Shown in pieces: positions 40,333 through 51,402 of a stretch of 64,000 nt of DNA (its first letter is position 1; each line of letters starts with the position of its first letter). The position numbers and the translations under genes were made by a program. Origin of the DNA: a virus; the IMG/VR virus record IMGVR_UViG_3300032213_001531, positions 32,001 to 96,000 of that record; one strand, given 5' to 3'. Under the pieces are notes generated by a model. It was not told where the DNA came from and made no database searches. It saw only the letters and a list, made by a program, of their open reading frames with translations.

Positions 40333-43300
40333 TTAGATAGCGTTTTGAGTGTTACTTGTCCACAAAACATCTTGATAGAATAGGTATTGGTAAGACCCAA
40401 ACTTTAAAACCTTATCTGGACCATCTCCTACAATAATTTTATTGGTTCCTGTGTAAATCTTATAAATAATTGATGGATCTACCCCATAATAACTGCTAGA
40501 GGCAAGAATCAAAACATTGTTCCAAGTAACACTTGGTGAATCCCAGTAATTCCAGTCAAGCTCAGTAGATATGTCTGTCTTAACTTTAAACCACGGTCTG
40601 TTTACTACCTTTTGCTTTTCTTGTAAATTTGTTGATTGATAATAAGAAATAGTATTAGTTAAAATTGGGCCAGTTATTTTAATTGATCCAACGATATTTG
40701 AAAAATTGAGAGCATTTGTAAATGAAAGACCTAAGAACCCCCAGTCCTTGGTAGTAATTATAGGCTCTTTAACAACTTTACCATTCCAGTAAAATCCAAT
40801 ATCATTTGAAAGCTGACCACTATTTGCATCAATGGCATAAAGTTTTGCTCTTCTGCCTTGTGGATCATTAGCAACCATGTAAATCTTAATTACTTTATCC
40901 CTTGACTCAATCTCAAATATTTCTGTTGCTGCAAATGGAAAAAAGTCTTGAGTATATCTAATTGCTGCCTGGATTGCAATAACCTTAAACGAGTTTACTG
41001 CATTTTGATTTATTGGAATTGATATGCCACGATTTATAAGTGAATCATGGGTTCCCTTAATCTCAATACCGCTATGCCTTGTTGTGTAAAGATATGGAGA
41101 GCTTCCCTTATATATAGTAAATGGGTTTGCACCTTTATAGTCATAATAGATGCCTGTTTTTTTGTATGGATAAATAGACGTTCCAAACCTTGTGCCAATA
41201 GGATTTGGAGATACATCATTGAAGGCTTGAGAACAAATTTGCAAACTCTTAATATTAACTTTATTTTTTAAAGAAGATTTAACAGTAAAATCAACGTGTG
41301 TAACTACAGCAATATCCAAAATATCCGAAGTTTTTGGAGGATACAAAATTGTGTTATTAACTACTTCATATTTTGTGTTTATCCAATTAATCCCTGGTTC
41401 AATAACTCCTTCTTTGGGAGCCAGCTCAGAATAGGTAAAAAATTCATCGATTGCATTTGCTCCAGAAGATAGGTACTCAAAAGATATATGAGTCTTTACC
41501 ATTGATTTAGATGTATCATATTTATAGTTTTTAATTGACTTGTTTTGCAAATCTGAGTAATCGTTATAGCCTGTATACAGCTGATTGTCTAAAGACTCAT
41601 AGGTTCTTTGTACTGGAATCGCATATTGTTCTTTAAGCTCTTGATATGTCCAAGTACCAGAAGACTGCTCTTCAACAAACTTTGAGGGTTCTGGATAGTT
41701 GATATTAAATTGCAAGAAATCTAAGTCGTAATAGAAATCGTTCTTTGCATCTTTTACATATTGAGCAAAATAAGAAAGCGGAACATAGTCTTTCCAAGAA
41801 CCGTTAATGTCAATATCTAAACTGTATTCACCAAAGTATACAACTGGGGATAGCGTATAGCTTGCTGTGTGGTTAATAAGCATATATGTTGAAAATCCTG
41901 AAGGACTACCGCCATCCAATAAAAATTGCCAATAGGATGCTTGATTTCCAAAGTAAGTTTCTCCAGCATCGTAATCTACAAGGCTTCCATATAAATTAAA
42001 AACATTTTCATAATTTACTGGAACACCAATATCGTTAAAAAAATCTTTGATTTGCTGATAGTTTTTATTATTAGAAAATCCTACATTATAGATATTTCCA
42101 TTAAAAGTATTCTCTAGTTCTTTTTTGCCACCAACATAAAATCTTAAACTACCACGATTTCCAAAAAATGAGGATACATTTCCACCAAAATTACTTACAA
42201 AAGAATCTATATGAATTCCAGAAACAAATGTCTCTCCTGTTGAATATCCATATGATTCATATATTGTTTGTAGGACTCCATTATAATTTAGATTATAGGA
42301 AATAGTACTACCATTTAAAGAAATTTCAAAATAATCATTTGAGTCTGCAGAGTCAATATAAATAAGAGTTTCATTGGTTGCTGGTGACTTGGATTTAAAT
42401 ATTCCATAAAAACACTTAATTTCTTCTTGTAAGAAGCTTAAATTATTAAATAAAAGATATCCCTCGGAATAATCCCAAGAGTCTAGACCTCCAGGATATA
42501 AAGAAAAGAATAGATCAGACTCATTTTGACTAGATGCATTATCTGAATAAAAATCTTGCTCAGTTTTATTACTTATAACAATATCAGGAAGAAAGTATTC
42601 AGGAGTTGACAAAATTCCATTATTAGTTGTAAGATTGTCTACAGATCCCTGATTCCAATTAACCATATTAGGATAAGAGTGATTGTTTGTATAATCTGCA
42701 AAAGGATAGTCAATAAAAACAGATGTTCCGCTATAGGACTGGTTTATTCCTTCTGGAAACTCAACGCCTTGGCCATACACAAATCTTCTTGTTGCAACAA
42801 TAGAAGAAACTCTATAAGGATAAACTGCAATACAGTCAACTTGAAAAGGATAAACATCCTCATAAGACCAAAAAGCAAGCCAATCATTGCTTAGTCCTTC
42901 TGAAGAAATTTCTGGAAATTCTAGATCTGTAGTTAAATATGTTAAAGAAATTACCTCTTCTCCATTAACCAACAAGGAAGAACTGTTTTCTGAAACAGTT
43001 ATATGGATTAACATAGGTCTGTCCCATTCACCAACAAAGTAAGACCCAATGCTTGATCCTATTTTAAGGATAAGAAAGGATCCATTAACCCATAAACCAT
43101 TATCCCCCCTAAGATTTCCAAATATCTTTTTAGGTTCTGTACAATCTACAGCTACCTTTAACCACATCTCAAAAGTGTAGTTTTTATATTGACCAATTTT
43201 ATTTAAAAAGCCTTTTCCTGGAACTATTAAAGAAGGACTGCCATTGGAGCTTGGAGACATGGCCGTAACATTAGAGGATCCGTAAACAATTGGAAGTCCC

Positions 43301-44046
43301 GAATTTTTAGATAAAAGTGTTTCATTCTCTGTTAAGTAATAGCCAAACTCTTCTTCTAATCCATAAGAATATGCTTTTATTCCTTTTGTTGTAGATGAAA
43401 AAATTCCAGTTGGCAAAGTTTGAGGACTTATGCCCAAAGAATATGACTGAAACTCTTCACTCCATTGCCCAACAGTAACTCCATTAATTAAAAACAAATA
43501 GTCTTCTGCAGACAAAGATCCAGACAAATAGTTTATCTTAACAACAATTCTAACCGTTGCACTTTCTGGAAGAACGCTAAAAGTTTCAGAAACAAAAAAC
43601 CATTGATCTGTTAATGAGATATCAAAACTTTTTAAATGTTGTACAGTAGAAGAGGTTGTTGTATCGTAATACTCATATCCAATTTCAACACTATTTATAT
43701 ATTGACTTAAAGAATATAGACAGGCTCCTACAGAAAATGTTGACAGATCAGAACTAAAGTCATTAAAGTTTAATATATCATCACTTATTGCAACTATCTG
43801 CTCTATAGGATTAGAAGGGACATCAGCAGAAAATAAACCAACATAGCTTTCAGGAAATGGTTGATCGTTTACTGGGTAATCAAAGTTAAATGACTCTGAA
43901 AAACCATTAGTTATTGTCCAGTTTGATAGATTTCTTTGAGATTCAGTGATTAAAGATATGTAGTCAACCTTGTCATCCAATGCCCACAAAGCCAATGGAT
44001 GTTCCGCAAAAATCTTTTCAGCATATAAGTTAGATGGGTTAGTCAT
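40333..44046 (-). CDS. Large virion protein with LamG/concanavalin-like domain
   Basis: HPLALWALDD N-terminus; YTFEMW...LLVNGEEV...DCIAVY LamG-like pattern. Confidence 0.65.
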   Translation of the reverse strand: MTNPSNLYAEKIFAEHPLALWALDDKVDYISLITESQRNLSNWTITNGFSESFNFDYPVNDQPFPESYVGLFSADVPSNPIEQIVAISDDILNFNDFSSDLSTFSVGACLYSLSQYINSVEIGYEYYDTTTSSTVQHLKSFDISLTDQWFFVSETFSVLPESATVRIVVKINYLSGSLSAEDYLFLINGVTVGQWSEEFQSYSLGISPQTLPTGIFSSTTKGIKAYSYGLEEEFGYYLTENETLLSKNSGLPIVYGSSNVTAMSPSSNGSPSLIVPGKGFLNKIGQYKNYTFEMWLKVAVDCTEPKKIFGNLRGDNGLWVNGSFLILKIGSSIGSYFVGEWDRPMLIHITVSENSSSLLVNGEEVISLTYLTTDLEFPEISSEGLSNDWLAFWSYEDVYPFQVDCIAVYPYRVSSIVATRRFVYGQGVEFPEGINQSYSGTSVFIDYPFADYTNNHSYPNMVNWNQGSVDNLTTNNGILSTPEYFLPDIVISNKTEQDFYSDNASSQNESDLFFSLYPGGLDSWDYSEGYLLFNNLSFLQEEIKCFYGIFKSKSPATNETLIYIDSADSNDYFEISLNGSTISYNLNYNGVLQTIYESYGYSTGETFVSGIHIDSFVSNFGGNVSSFFGNRGSLRFYVGGKKELENTFNGNIYNVGFSNNKNYQQIKDFFNDIGVPVNYENVFNLYGSLVDYDAGETYFGNQASYWQFLLDGGSPSGFSTYMLINHTASYTLSPVVYFGEYSLDIDINGSWKDYVPLSYFAQYVKDAKNDFYYDLDFLQFNINYPEPSKFVEEQSSGTWTYQELKEQYAIPVQRTYESLDNQLYTGYNDYSDLQNKSIKNYKYDTSKSMVKTHISFEYLSSGANAIDEFFTYSELAPKEGVIEPGINWINTKYEVVNNTILYPPKTSDILDIAVVTHVDFTVKSSLKNKVNIKSLQICSQAFNDVSPNPIGTRFGTSIYPYKKTGIYYDYKGANPFTIYKGSSPYLYTTRHSGIEIKGTHDSLINRGISIPINQNAVNSFKVIAIQAAIRYTQDFFPFAATEIFEIESRDKVIKIYMVANDPQGRRAKLYAIDANSGQLSNDIGFYWNGKVVKEPIITTKDWGFLGLSFTNALNFSNIVGSIKITGPILTNTISYYQSTNLQEKQKVVNRPWFKVKTDISTELDWNYWDSPSVTWNNVLILASSSYYGVDPSIIYKIYTGTNKIIVGDGPDKVLKFGSYQYLFYQDVLWTSNTQNAI

Positions 44047-44077
44047 AGTTCTCCTAACCTATTTTACCACAGAAGCC

Positions 44078-46108
44078 CTATTTAATTTTAATCTCACAGT
44101 AGTCTGTGGTGCAATAAGACTCTCCAAGTGCTTCAAGATTATCTACCCCGTCATAAATAGCAGAAAAATCAATATGTCCAATACGACCAATGTAATAATC
44201 ATATTCTTCTTCTGTAATCTGAGTATAAGGTTGCTGAGGATAAGTATGATTTCCCATTGGAAGGAAGGACACTGCTTTTAGCTGACCCTCATACATATGT
44301 AAGACTGTTGGAACGTGTTTAGACTCTGTTTCTTTATCAAAAGATAAAGTTACAGAAACTCCATTGTCAGACCAATACTTTTGGGCAGTGGCTGCAAGAG
44401 CAATCTTTTCAAATAAAGTTACATCCTTTTCAGATCTTGCATGACCTGATTTAACTGGGAAGTAAACTACTGACGTATTTGCTGATACTAAGTCATCTTC
44501 AATTTTATACCCTGCTGCTTTAAATAAATGAAGCATTGGATCGGTATTTCCAAAGCGAATAGCACGAAGGAAGAACTCTCCTCCTGGCCCCCAATGAACT
44601 CCTGGTGTTGCTCCAGAAAGAATTGAAACAGATCCAGATGGCTTTACTGTTGTGACACGAATTGATTCACGAACGCAGAGCCACTCTGAATATTGACGAT
44701 CATACTTACGAATTGTATTATAACCTTCATCCATCCATTCACGAACTGCTGGCAATCCCTTTTGATCTGCAAATGAAGCAATGCCTGTAAGAGATGTACC
44801 AATACGACGATTGCGCTGCATAATGCCATTTGTTTGTTGCCAGTATGTCGGAAGAAGTGTTACAGTCTTACCGTAAAGATAAGCAAACTTTAATGTCTTG
44901 AGGAAGTCCTCCTTGGAATCATGACGATTTAAGTGCACCTCTACAAGTGTACAAAGTTCGTATGATTCTAATGGCTGCTCCGCACAAGGATTAAAGCCCA
45001 TAACACGATAGTCTTTTCCATCCGCAGGATCTGCAAGACGACCATAGTTACGAGCAACATCAAGCCAAATAAAACCTGGCTCTCCATTGTTTACAATTAA
45101 ATCTGTATATTTTTCATAGTCCATTCCAACTGTTGCTGAAATGGAATTATTAGACATCCAAGCCCAACCTGGATTATCTGAGTCATACGAGTTGCGCTCT
45201 GGAAATATTTCTGGATTTTTGAGATTAATAAAGTCTTCATCCCCTGGAGCACCAAGAGCAAGTGTTGCAGAACGACGTACATTTCCTGAAACAACACATG
45301 TTCCAATCAAGTTAATGATATCCGTAATAGCACGAGAATCTAGGATTTCCCCTGCTCTGGAGCCAATGACATGATTGATCTTATCATGTAATGCAATAAG
45401 AGGTGCTGGACCGCTGGCAACCCCTCCAAAGCCTTTAATGGGTGCTCCTAGAGGTCTAATAAGGTCGTAATTAAACTTTTGAATAGGTTGATTTGATCTT
45501 AAGTAAGAGTTTAATAGTATACGTACTGATTCTACCCAACCTTCACGAGTATCTGGAATTTCAAATGTAACTGCTGGTTCTGTTGGAGCATAGATAGAGA
45601 AATTCTTTTCTTGTCCTACTGTATCAAATCCTACACCAATACCAAGCATAAGAGCATCCATAACCCAAGCAAACAAAGCTCCTGGGTCATTCTTATCAAG
45701 ATCTTTAGTAGATACCATTGCACAGTTTTGAAGGGCTGCTGAGTTTTTCTTTTCCATTGTCATTGCTGTACCAAATGTCCACATACCACGACCTGGAGGA
45801 GTCCACTTTAGCTCAAACATTCTTTGGAATGCTTCTTGTGCTGACTTCTGTGCCTTATTGTCATTCCATGAAAGACGATTATCTTTAGCATGATTCTTTT
45901 GAACTGAGTACATTCCTTCAATTACACGGCGACAAACTTCATGCCAACGTTCTTTTGTTCCATCTTCTTTAACACGAGAATAGGTACGAATAAAAGTAAT
46001 TTCTCCTAAAGAGTTTTCCCCCGCATCTGAAAATCCAAATGGAGCTGGGATATTACTGTATTTATTTATAAAGTCCTCTGTTAAGCGAAAAGAAAAAATA
46101 TCTGACAT
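44078..46108 (-). CDS. nrdJ: Class II (B12-dependent) ribonucleotide reductase, monomeric type
   Basis: PPGRG, QNC, NPCAEQPL...CTL, VKPSG, C-terminal CTTDYC; no small subunit adjacent. Confidence 0.92.
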   Translation of the reverse strand: MSDIFSFRLTEDFINKYSNIPAPFGFSDAGENSLGEITFIRTYSRVKEDGTKERWHEVCRRVIEGMYSVQKNHAKDNRLSWNDNKAQKSAQEAFQRMFELKWTPPGRGMWTFGTAMTMEKKNSAALQNCAMVSTKDLDKNDPGALFAWVMDALMLGIGVGFDTVGQEKNFSIYAPTEPAVTFEIPDTREGWVESVRILLNSYLRSNQPIQKFNYDLIRPLGAPIKGFGGVASGPAPLIALHDKINHVIGSRAGEILDSRAITDIINLIGTCVVSGNVRRSATLALGAPGDEDFINLKNPEIFPERNSYDSDNPGWAWMSNNSISATVGMDYEKYTDLIVNNGEPGFIWLDVARNYGRLADPADGKDYRVMGFNPCAEQPLESYELCTLVEVHLNRHDSKEDFLKTLKFAYLYGKTVTLLPTYWQQTNGIMQRNRRIGTSLTGIASFADQKGLPAVREWMDEGYNTIRKYDRQYSEWLCVRESIRVTTVKPSGSVSILSGATPGVHWGPGGEFFLRAIRFGNTDPMLHLFKAAGYKIEDDLVSANTSVVYFPVKSGHARSEKDVTLFEKIALAATAQKYWSDNGVSVTLSFDKETESKHVPTVLHMYEGQLKAVSFLPMGNHTYPQQPYTQITEEEYDYYIGRIGHIDFSAIYDGVDNLEALGESYCTTDYCEIKIK

Positions 46109-46270
46109 TTGTTTGTGTTACCTTTCTAAAATTGATTAGTACTTTGCAAAATTCAAAGCAGTCCTAAGTATAGCATGAAATTTAAAAAGATTCTACGCTT
46201 AATTTTAATCTCTAAATCTATTGTTTATGGTTAGCACTTTTATATAACAAAAGTGTTATAAACAAAATAA

Positions 46271-46939
46271 TTAGCCATACTTGCTACTATGAATATGACA
46301 CATTTCAATTTCATTTATATTTACGTGACTTGGTAATGAGCCTACCCAATAAATTGCTTCTGCTAAATCCTCAGCAGTTAATGCTTGATCCCTTTTTTCT
46401 TCTTGGGTATCAATAGTTGCTGGACAAATTTCTGTAATCTTAATTCCAAACTGAGGAAACTCAAGTCTCATTGTGTCAATTAGGCCACGTTCACCTCTCT
46501 TGGCATTTGTATAATTTCCTCCACCACGGTAAGGGACTTTACCACCAAAAGATGTAATAAAAATAATTGTTGGCGATTCTGATCTTTCCATACAAGGAGC
46601 AAATAGTTGAGATAGGTACATTGGACCAGTGACATTTATGTCATAGGCTTTTCTAAAGTTTTCTGGTGTTTCATTAATAATAAAGGTTGGTCCAGATCCT
46701 CCGCCAGCATTATTTACTAAAAGGTCTAAAGTAATATCTTGATACTTATCAAAGAATTTTTCTATGGCTTGAGAATCTGTAACATCTAATTGATAGACTT
46801 CAACATTATCAGAGACTAGTTTTGAAACTTTAGATAGGTTTCTTGAAACAGCAATAACCTTATAGCCGTTTTCAGACAGACGTTTAACTGTTGCTAAACC
46901 TACACCTTTGCTTGCTCCAGTTACAATTGCTGTTTTCAA
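46271..46939 (-). CDS. Short-chain dehydrogenase/reductase (YdfG-like)
   Basis: TGASKGVG, NNAG, YTNAK (YxxxK), P.HVNINE; TTG start. Confidence 0.92.
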   Translation of the reverse strand: MKTAIVTGASKGVGLATVKRLSENGYKVIAVSRNLSKVSKLVSDNVEVYQLDVTDSQAIEKFFDKYQDITLDLLVNNAGGGSGPTFIINETPENFRKAYDINVTGPMYLSQLFAPCMERSESPTIIFITSFGGKVPYRGGGNYTNAKRGERGLIDTMRLEFPQFGIKITEICPATIDTQEEKRDQALTAEDLAEAIYWVGSLPSHVNINEIEMCHIHSSKYG

Positions 46940-47671
46940 TTACATACTCTGGCTTTGATTAAGCTCCATATTATTATGGATCCAATGTCCAGGAATCATA
47001 TACTTTACACCAGACTTAACTGTGTGTGCCGTGTGAAAATATGGAGCGTATGCTGGAAATATTACAACACTATTTTCTTTAGGCTTTACACCAAAACTAA
47101 TAGCTTTATTTGCAACTGCAAGATCATAGTCTAACTCTACTGCTGGTGCGCCACTTACCCAACCTTCTGAGCTAGTCCATCCACCATCATAGTCCTTTAA
47201 CTGAAAAGATATTTCTCCGCCTTCGCAGTCATCATTTAGATACATAACCAAAGAATATCTCAATGTTTTGTCGCCATCTAACTGATCAAAGTGTGCTCCC
47301 ATAGCCATTCCAGTATTGTACTTTTTTATGTTAAATGTTGGGAAAAGCCTTGGTTCATCAAAGTCTCCCATAGAGGATGCATAGTCTTTACAAACATTAT
47401 ACATCGTAGTCATAACGGCATCATAGATATATTTGCTTTTTTCTGCTACGTCTCCACTAAGATTGTTTATTGCATTAGCATCAAAAGTTTTTGTTTCTCC
47501 GTAGATAAAAGTTTTATCATTAGAAGATGTCCAAGGGTTCCAAACATTTACCCCTAACTCATCATACTGCTCAAGAGTGTCTAGCTCTTTCCAAACTTGT
47601 TTGAATTTATCAAAATTTTCAATTGCGTCAGTATAGTAATATACTTTTGGATCTAGTAGTTCTTTATTCAT
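46940..47671 (-). CDS. 2OG-Fe(II) oxygenase, prolyl-hydroxylase-like (no. 7)
   Basis: HFD...YLNDDCEGGEI...HTA...K. Confidence 0.9.
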   Translation of the reverse strand: MNKELLDPKVYYYTDAIENFDKFKQVWKELDTLEQYDELGVNVWNPWTSSNDKTFIYGETKTFDANAINNLSGDVAEKSKYIYDAVMTTMYNVCKDYASSMGDFDEPRLFPTFNIKKYNTGMAMGAHFDQLDGDKTLRYSLVMYLNDDCEGGEISFQLKDYDGGWTSSEGWVSGAPAVELDYDLAVANKAISFGVKPKENSVVIFPAYAPYFHTAHTVKSGVKYMIPGHWIHNNMELNQSQSM

Positions 47672-47683
47672 TTGTTTCTCCCT

Positions 47684-48343
47684 TTAGTATCTATTCTTTT
47701 CATAAAATCCTTTTTCTTTAATAAATCCAACCAAAACATATCTAATTGGTCCTGGACCTACATGTTTTACTCCATGATTATATTCTGCTGTGCCTGGAAA
47801 AATAAGCATTGATCCAGGATCAGGTTTAAACTCTAAACCATTGTTTGGAAAAAACAACTCTCCATCAACATAATCATTATTTAAATACAGAATAGCAGCG
47901 TACCTAATTGATGGGTCTGTATCTTGATCTGTGTGAGCTTTTAACTCGACACCCTCTTGCATCCTTTGAATAGTTGCAAAACCACTTAACTCTATGGTAT
48001 CGTCAACATTTTGAACTAAATCATTTAGTCTATTAAAAAAATCTTTTTGAAATGAATGATTGCTAATGTTTAAATTTTTATCTTGCCAATTTTGAGTTAT
48101 TTCAAATTTACCTTCAGCAACTAAATTATCAACATCATCTCTGCCAAATTTTTGCATACAAAAGTTTTTTAGGTTACCATGATACTCTACAAACCACTCT
48201 TCATTGGGCGTTGTATTAATAATATCAAAAACTTTATCTAAATCTTCTTTAGAGAAAAAATCTTTTACCAACAAGACATCGTCAGTAATTTCTTCAATTT
48301 GAAAACTATTTTCCTCTAAAATGTTTTTTAAGAAGTTAGACAT
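47684..48343 (-). CDS. 2OG-Fe(II) oxygenase, prolyl-hydroxylase-like (no. 6)
   Basis: HTD...YLNNDYVDGEL...HGV...R. Confidence 0.9.
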   Translation of the reverse strand: MSNFLKNILEENSFQIEEITDDVLLVKDFFSKEDLDKVFDIINTTPNEEWFVEYHGNLKNFCMQKFGRDDVDNLVAEGKFEITQNWQDKNLNISNHSFQKDFFNRLNDLVQNVDDTIELSGFATIQRMQEGVELKAHTDQDTDPSIRYAAILYLNNDYVDGELFFPNNGLEFKPDPGSMLIFPGTAEYNHGVKHVGPGPIRYVLVGFIKEKGFYEKNRY

Positions 48344-49094
48344 TATTTCCTAAATCCTCAACTTTGTACTTGTTTCCATCAGCATCTAGCTTCCAACCTT
48401 CTTTTAAAAGATCTTGCCATTCAGCTCTTTCAATTTCTTGTTTAGCTCTAGTCTCTTTCATCTCTGCAGCCCAGGCATCTCTTAGCTCTTGTGGATAAGC
48501 ATCTTCTTCTCTATCATCCCAGAAAGATCCTATAGTGTATCTTACTCCACTTTCTATTAATGATACTTCGTGCATATTGCTAAATCCCCCGTCAAAAACA
48601 GCAAGCATTCCAACTTCTGGTTTAATCTCTATGTTATGACTTGGAAACTTAAGCAGTCCCCCCTCAAAGTCATCGTTTAGATATAGGAACCCTGCATAAC
48701 GACTTCTTGTAAAGGCTCCAGAATTTCCTTCAGCATCTGTGTTATCTGAATGAATTCTTGCGTATGCTCCTGGCTCCCATTTTTGAGTATGGTATCCAAT
48801 TTTAGAAATTGTTTTTGGATCAAGGTCATGTACTGAAGCAATTGCCTCTGGCATTGTTTTTTCAATGTCTGAAAAAATAGTTGGAGATAGTCCAGCGTCA
48901 AGCAATTCTTTATCGTTGTCTTGTGGCAGTACTGAAGAATATGACTCATAAAAAGAAATAGGCATCCAAGAAAGTGCACCATTATCTGCCTGAGCATCTA
49001 ATGCTTGAATCATTTTTTTGCAATCTTCTTTACTTATAAAGTTCTTATAAATAACTATATCTTTTGTTAGTCTAACTTTATCGTTTAGGTTCAT
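48336..49094 (-). CDS. 2OG-Fe(II) oxygenase, prolyl-hydroxylase-like (no. 5)
   Basis: HSD...YLNDDFEGG...HEV...R. Confidence 0.9.
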   Translation of the reverse strand: MNLNDKVRLTKDIVIYKNFISKEDCKKMIQALDAQADNGALSWMPISFYESYSSVLPQDNDKELLDAGLSPTIFSDIEKTMPEAIASVHDLDPKTISKIGYHTQKWEPGAYARIHSDNTDAEGNSGAFTRSRYAGFLYLNDDFEGGLLKFPSHNIEIKPEVGMLAVFDGGFSNMHEVSLIESGVRYTIGSFWDDREEDAYPQELRDAWAAEMKETRAKQEIERAEWQDLLKEGWKLDADGNKYKVEDLGNNV

Positions 49095-49978
49095 TGTATT
49101 CTTACTCCATTTTCTATTACAGCTCTTTGCGGATGCTTTAGTCTAAACTGCTCGTCTAAATCTTTTTGCATTTCCGCCCAAACATCTTTTCCAAACTCTT
49201 TTTCTTTTTCATACCAATCATCAGTTCCTTTTTGATATTTTTGCCAATACATTCTTGACAAGAACTTATTATTTTTATATGATGGCATAACTCCATGTAA
49301 ATATGGTTTTCCTTCTTCTGTCAGATAGTCTGGGTGTCCTGATGGAAAAACTAAAACATCTCCTGCTTCTGGTTTATACTTTACAAGCTTATCTCCCATT
49401 GCAAAATCAATCTCGCCACCCTCGTAGTTATCATTAAAATATATTGTAGATGTTATTACAAACTTATATCCTGGAGTATGACCTTGCTCTCTTATATAGT
49501 CTGAATGATAGTTCATTCCAACCGTACTATATTCATTGCTTACATGGTATTTGCCTATTGTTCCGCCAGCCCATCTCCAAGTTGGAATAGGATTGCCATC
49601 ATCGTCTATAGACATTGCATCTAAATCTACGTCTAAATTATGACTCTTGATATAGTCTTCTGTAGCTAAATAAAAATTGTCCATCATTTCAATTACAAAG
49701 TTTTTATGATTTTCTTGCGTTTCTGTTGATGTTTCTACATCTTTCATATTTCCATATCTATCATTCATAGAGAATTGAGGAGTTATTGGATTTAAGTATT
49801 CTCCAAAAACAGACCAAGTGGTCCAAGGATTAAACAAACCGTCTTCTGTTTCCGATAAAGAATCTGTTAAAATTTTATAAGATTTTTCAATATCTTTAAA
49901 AAGATTTTTGTACACAACAATATTTGGATATATTTCTATTGACTCAAGTTTATTATTGTTTGGCCAAGGATATGTCAT
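49091..49978 (-). CDS. 2OG-Fe(II) oxygenase, prolyl-hydroxylase-like (no. 4)
   Basis: HSD...YFNDNYEGGEI...HGV...K. Confidence 0.9.
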   Translation of the reverse strand: MTYPWPNNNKLESIEIYPNIVVYKNLFKDIEKSYKILTDSLSETEDGLFNPWTTWSVFGEYLNPITPQFSMNDRYGNMKDVETSTETQENHKNFVIEMMDNFYLATEDYIKSHNLDVDLDAMSIDDDGNPIPTWRWAGGTIGKYHVSNEYSTVGMNYHSDYIREQGHTPGYKFVITSTIYFNDNYEGGEIDFAMGDKLVKYKPEAGDVLVFPSGHPDYLTEEGKPYLHGVMPSYKNNKFLSRMYWQKYQKGTDDWYEKEKEFGKDVWAEMQKDLDEQFRLKHPQRAVIENGVRIQ

Positions 49979-50658
49979 TATGGTTGCCTATCTCCTGTAT
50001 GCTTTGTAATTTCCCAGAAAAATGGGCATGTAAATCTTAGGCCACTTTTGATTTCAGTAACTCCATGAATATAGTTTTTATCTCCTGGGAAGAAGTATGC
50101 AGCTCCTTTTTTAGGCTTAAACTGCACACCTTGTAAAGGGAAGTATAGCTCTCCACCCTCATAGTCATCATTTAAATAAAACAAACTTGAAAGATCATAG
50201 TTTGGAAAATCATTAGGGGTTCCAGCATCAGGTCCCTCGTGCAATTCTTTATCAGCATGAGGCTTTTGAAATTGTCCAGGAAGCCATTTAACAATAGTTG
50301 TTCCAGTTGGATGAACCTCTACTTTGTAAAAATCTTCAACTATTGGCTTTAGTCTTTGAAACAAACCAGCAATAACTGGTGCAATTGTAGGGTCATTTTT
50401 ATCTAAACTTGGAGTTGTTGCAACTCTATCTTTCCAATAGTCAGAATCGTAAGTAACAGTTCCATTTTCATTCATGTGGCTTTCGGTTACATCCCAAATT
50501 GTCAAAGATTTGGCAGCTTTTTCTAAAAACTCAATTTCTTCTTGAGTCATAAAATTTTCTAGCTCAACAATCATGTCTTTGCTATCTCCAAACCAACCAG
50601 ATGGAGTTATAGATGGTGTTCTTTTAACTACTGTGTACGACTCGTTATTTTGTTCCAT
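49978..50658 (-). CDS. 2OG-Fe(II) oxygenase, prolyl-hydroxylase-like (no. 3)
   Basis: HAD...YLNDDYEGGEL...HGV...R. Confidence 0.9.
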   Translation of the reverse strand: MEQNNESYTVVKRTPSITPSGWFGDSKDMIVELENFMTQEEIEFLEKAAKSLTIWDVTESHMNENGTVTYDSDYWKDRVATTPSLDKNDPTIAPVIAGLFQRLKPIVEDFYKVEVHPTGTTIVKWLPGQFQKPHADKELHEGPDAGTPNDFPNYDLSSLFYLNDDYEGGELYFPLQGVQFKPKKGAAYFFPGDKNYIHGVTEIKSGLRFTCPFFWEITKHTGDRQP

Positions 50659-50676
50659 GTTTTATTATACCATTTC

Positions 50677-51402
50677 CTATTCGTAGAATCTCTTAGTCCA
50701 GACTTCTTTTTGATAAACTCCGCCATCTGGGACACGATATTTTTTACTATTTTCTATATTATGATTCATCATTTCAGAAGCAGTTGGAACAGTTATTTCG
50801 GATTTCCAATCTTCCCTCAAAAATGGAAGCAACTGAGCATAAGGAGTTCCTGCTGGAAGAACTCCAGTCCAACCTTTTTGTACAAAAAATGGAAAAGATC
50901 CAGGCAAATTAACTTTGTCATTATCAATAATTCCAGAAACTGTCATAATTGGAAGATCGTATCTATTAAATGGGGCAACATATAAAACGCTATAGCCATC
51001 TGGAACCTTTACTGCCCAATCTGGCATCCAAGCAAAATGATAATTATAGTATCCTTCTGGATGACGAAATTGTGGCATAGGAGTTCTTCTTGTAGCAAAA
51101 TCTTTATACATTGGATCTTCAATTTTAACATCAATTTGCCCTGCGCCGTCAAGGAAAAATTCTATGTCACAGGGGGTTACAAGGCTATACCCCGTTGTCA
51201 AAATATCAAGAATTGCAGGACAGGCTTTCCATGTAGGGATCTTTCCCTTGTCTGGCCCTATCCAATATTCTCCATCTGGTTTTTTAGCAAATCTATCAGC
51301 TTCTTTATACCACTGTGGCATTGATCTTGAAATTGGTATTGGCTTTGATTTACTATCTTTACTTAGCCAAGGCCTATTAGTTATAAACTCAATAATTTTC
51401 AT
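50677..51402 (-). CDS. DUF6065-like hypothetical protein
   Basis: PQWYK, TWKACPAILD..GY, GIIDND, AGTPYAQLLP. Confidence 0.6.
   Translation of the reverse strand: MKIIEFITNRPWLSKDSKSKPIPISRSMPQWYKEADRFAKKPDGEYWIGPDKGKIPTWKACPAILDILTTGYSLVTPCDIEFFLDGAGQIDVKIEDPMYKDFATRRTPMPQFRHPEGYYNYHFAWMPDWAVKVPDGYSVLYVAPFNRYDLPIMTVSGIIDNDKVNLPGSFPFFVQKGWTGVLPAGTPYAQLLPFLREDWKSEITVPTASEMMNHNIENSKKYRVPDGGVYQKEVWTKRFYE

Noticed and set aside
46109-46270. Possible NrdR box (CTCTAAATCTATTG, 46210-46223), AT-rich hairpin (46234-46256) or cobalamin riboswitch upstream of nrdJ
   Set aside because: Single weak match in AT-rich DNA; region too short and lacks riboswitch core motifs. The hairpin could be a terminator but is weak
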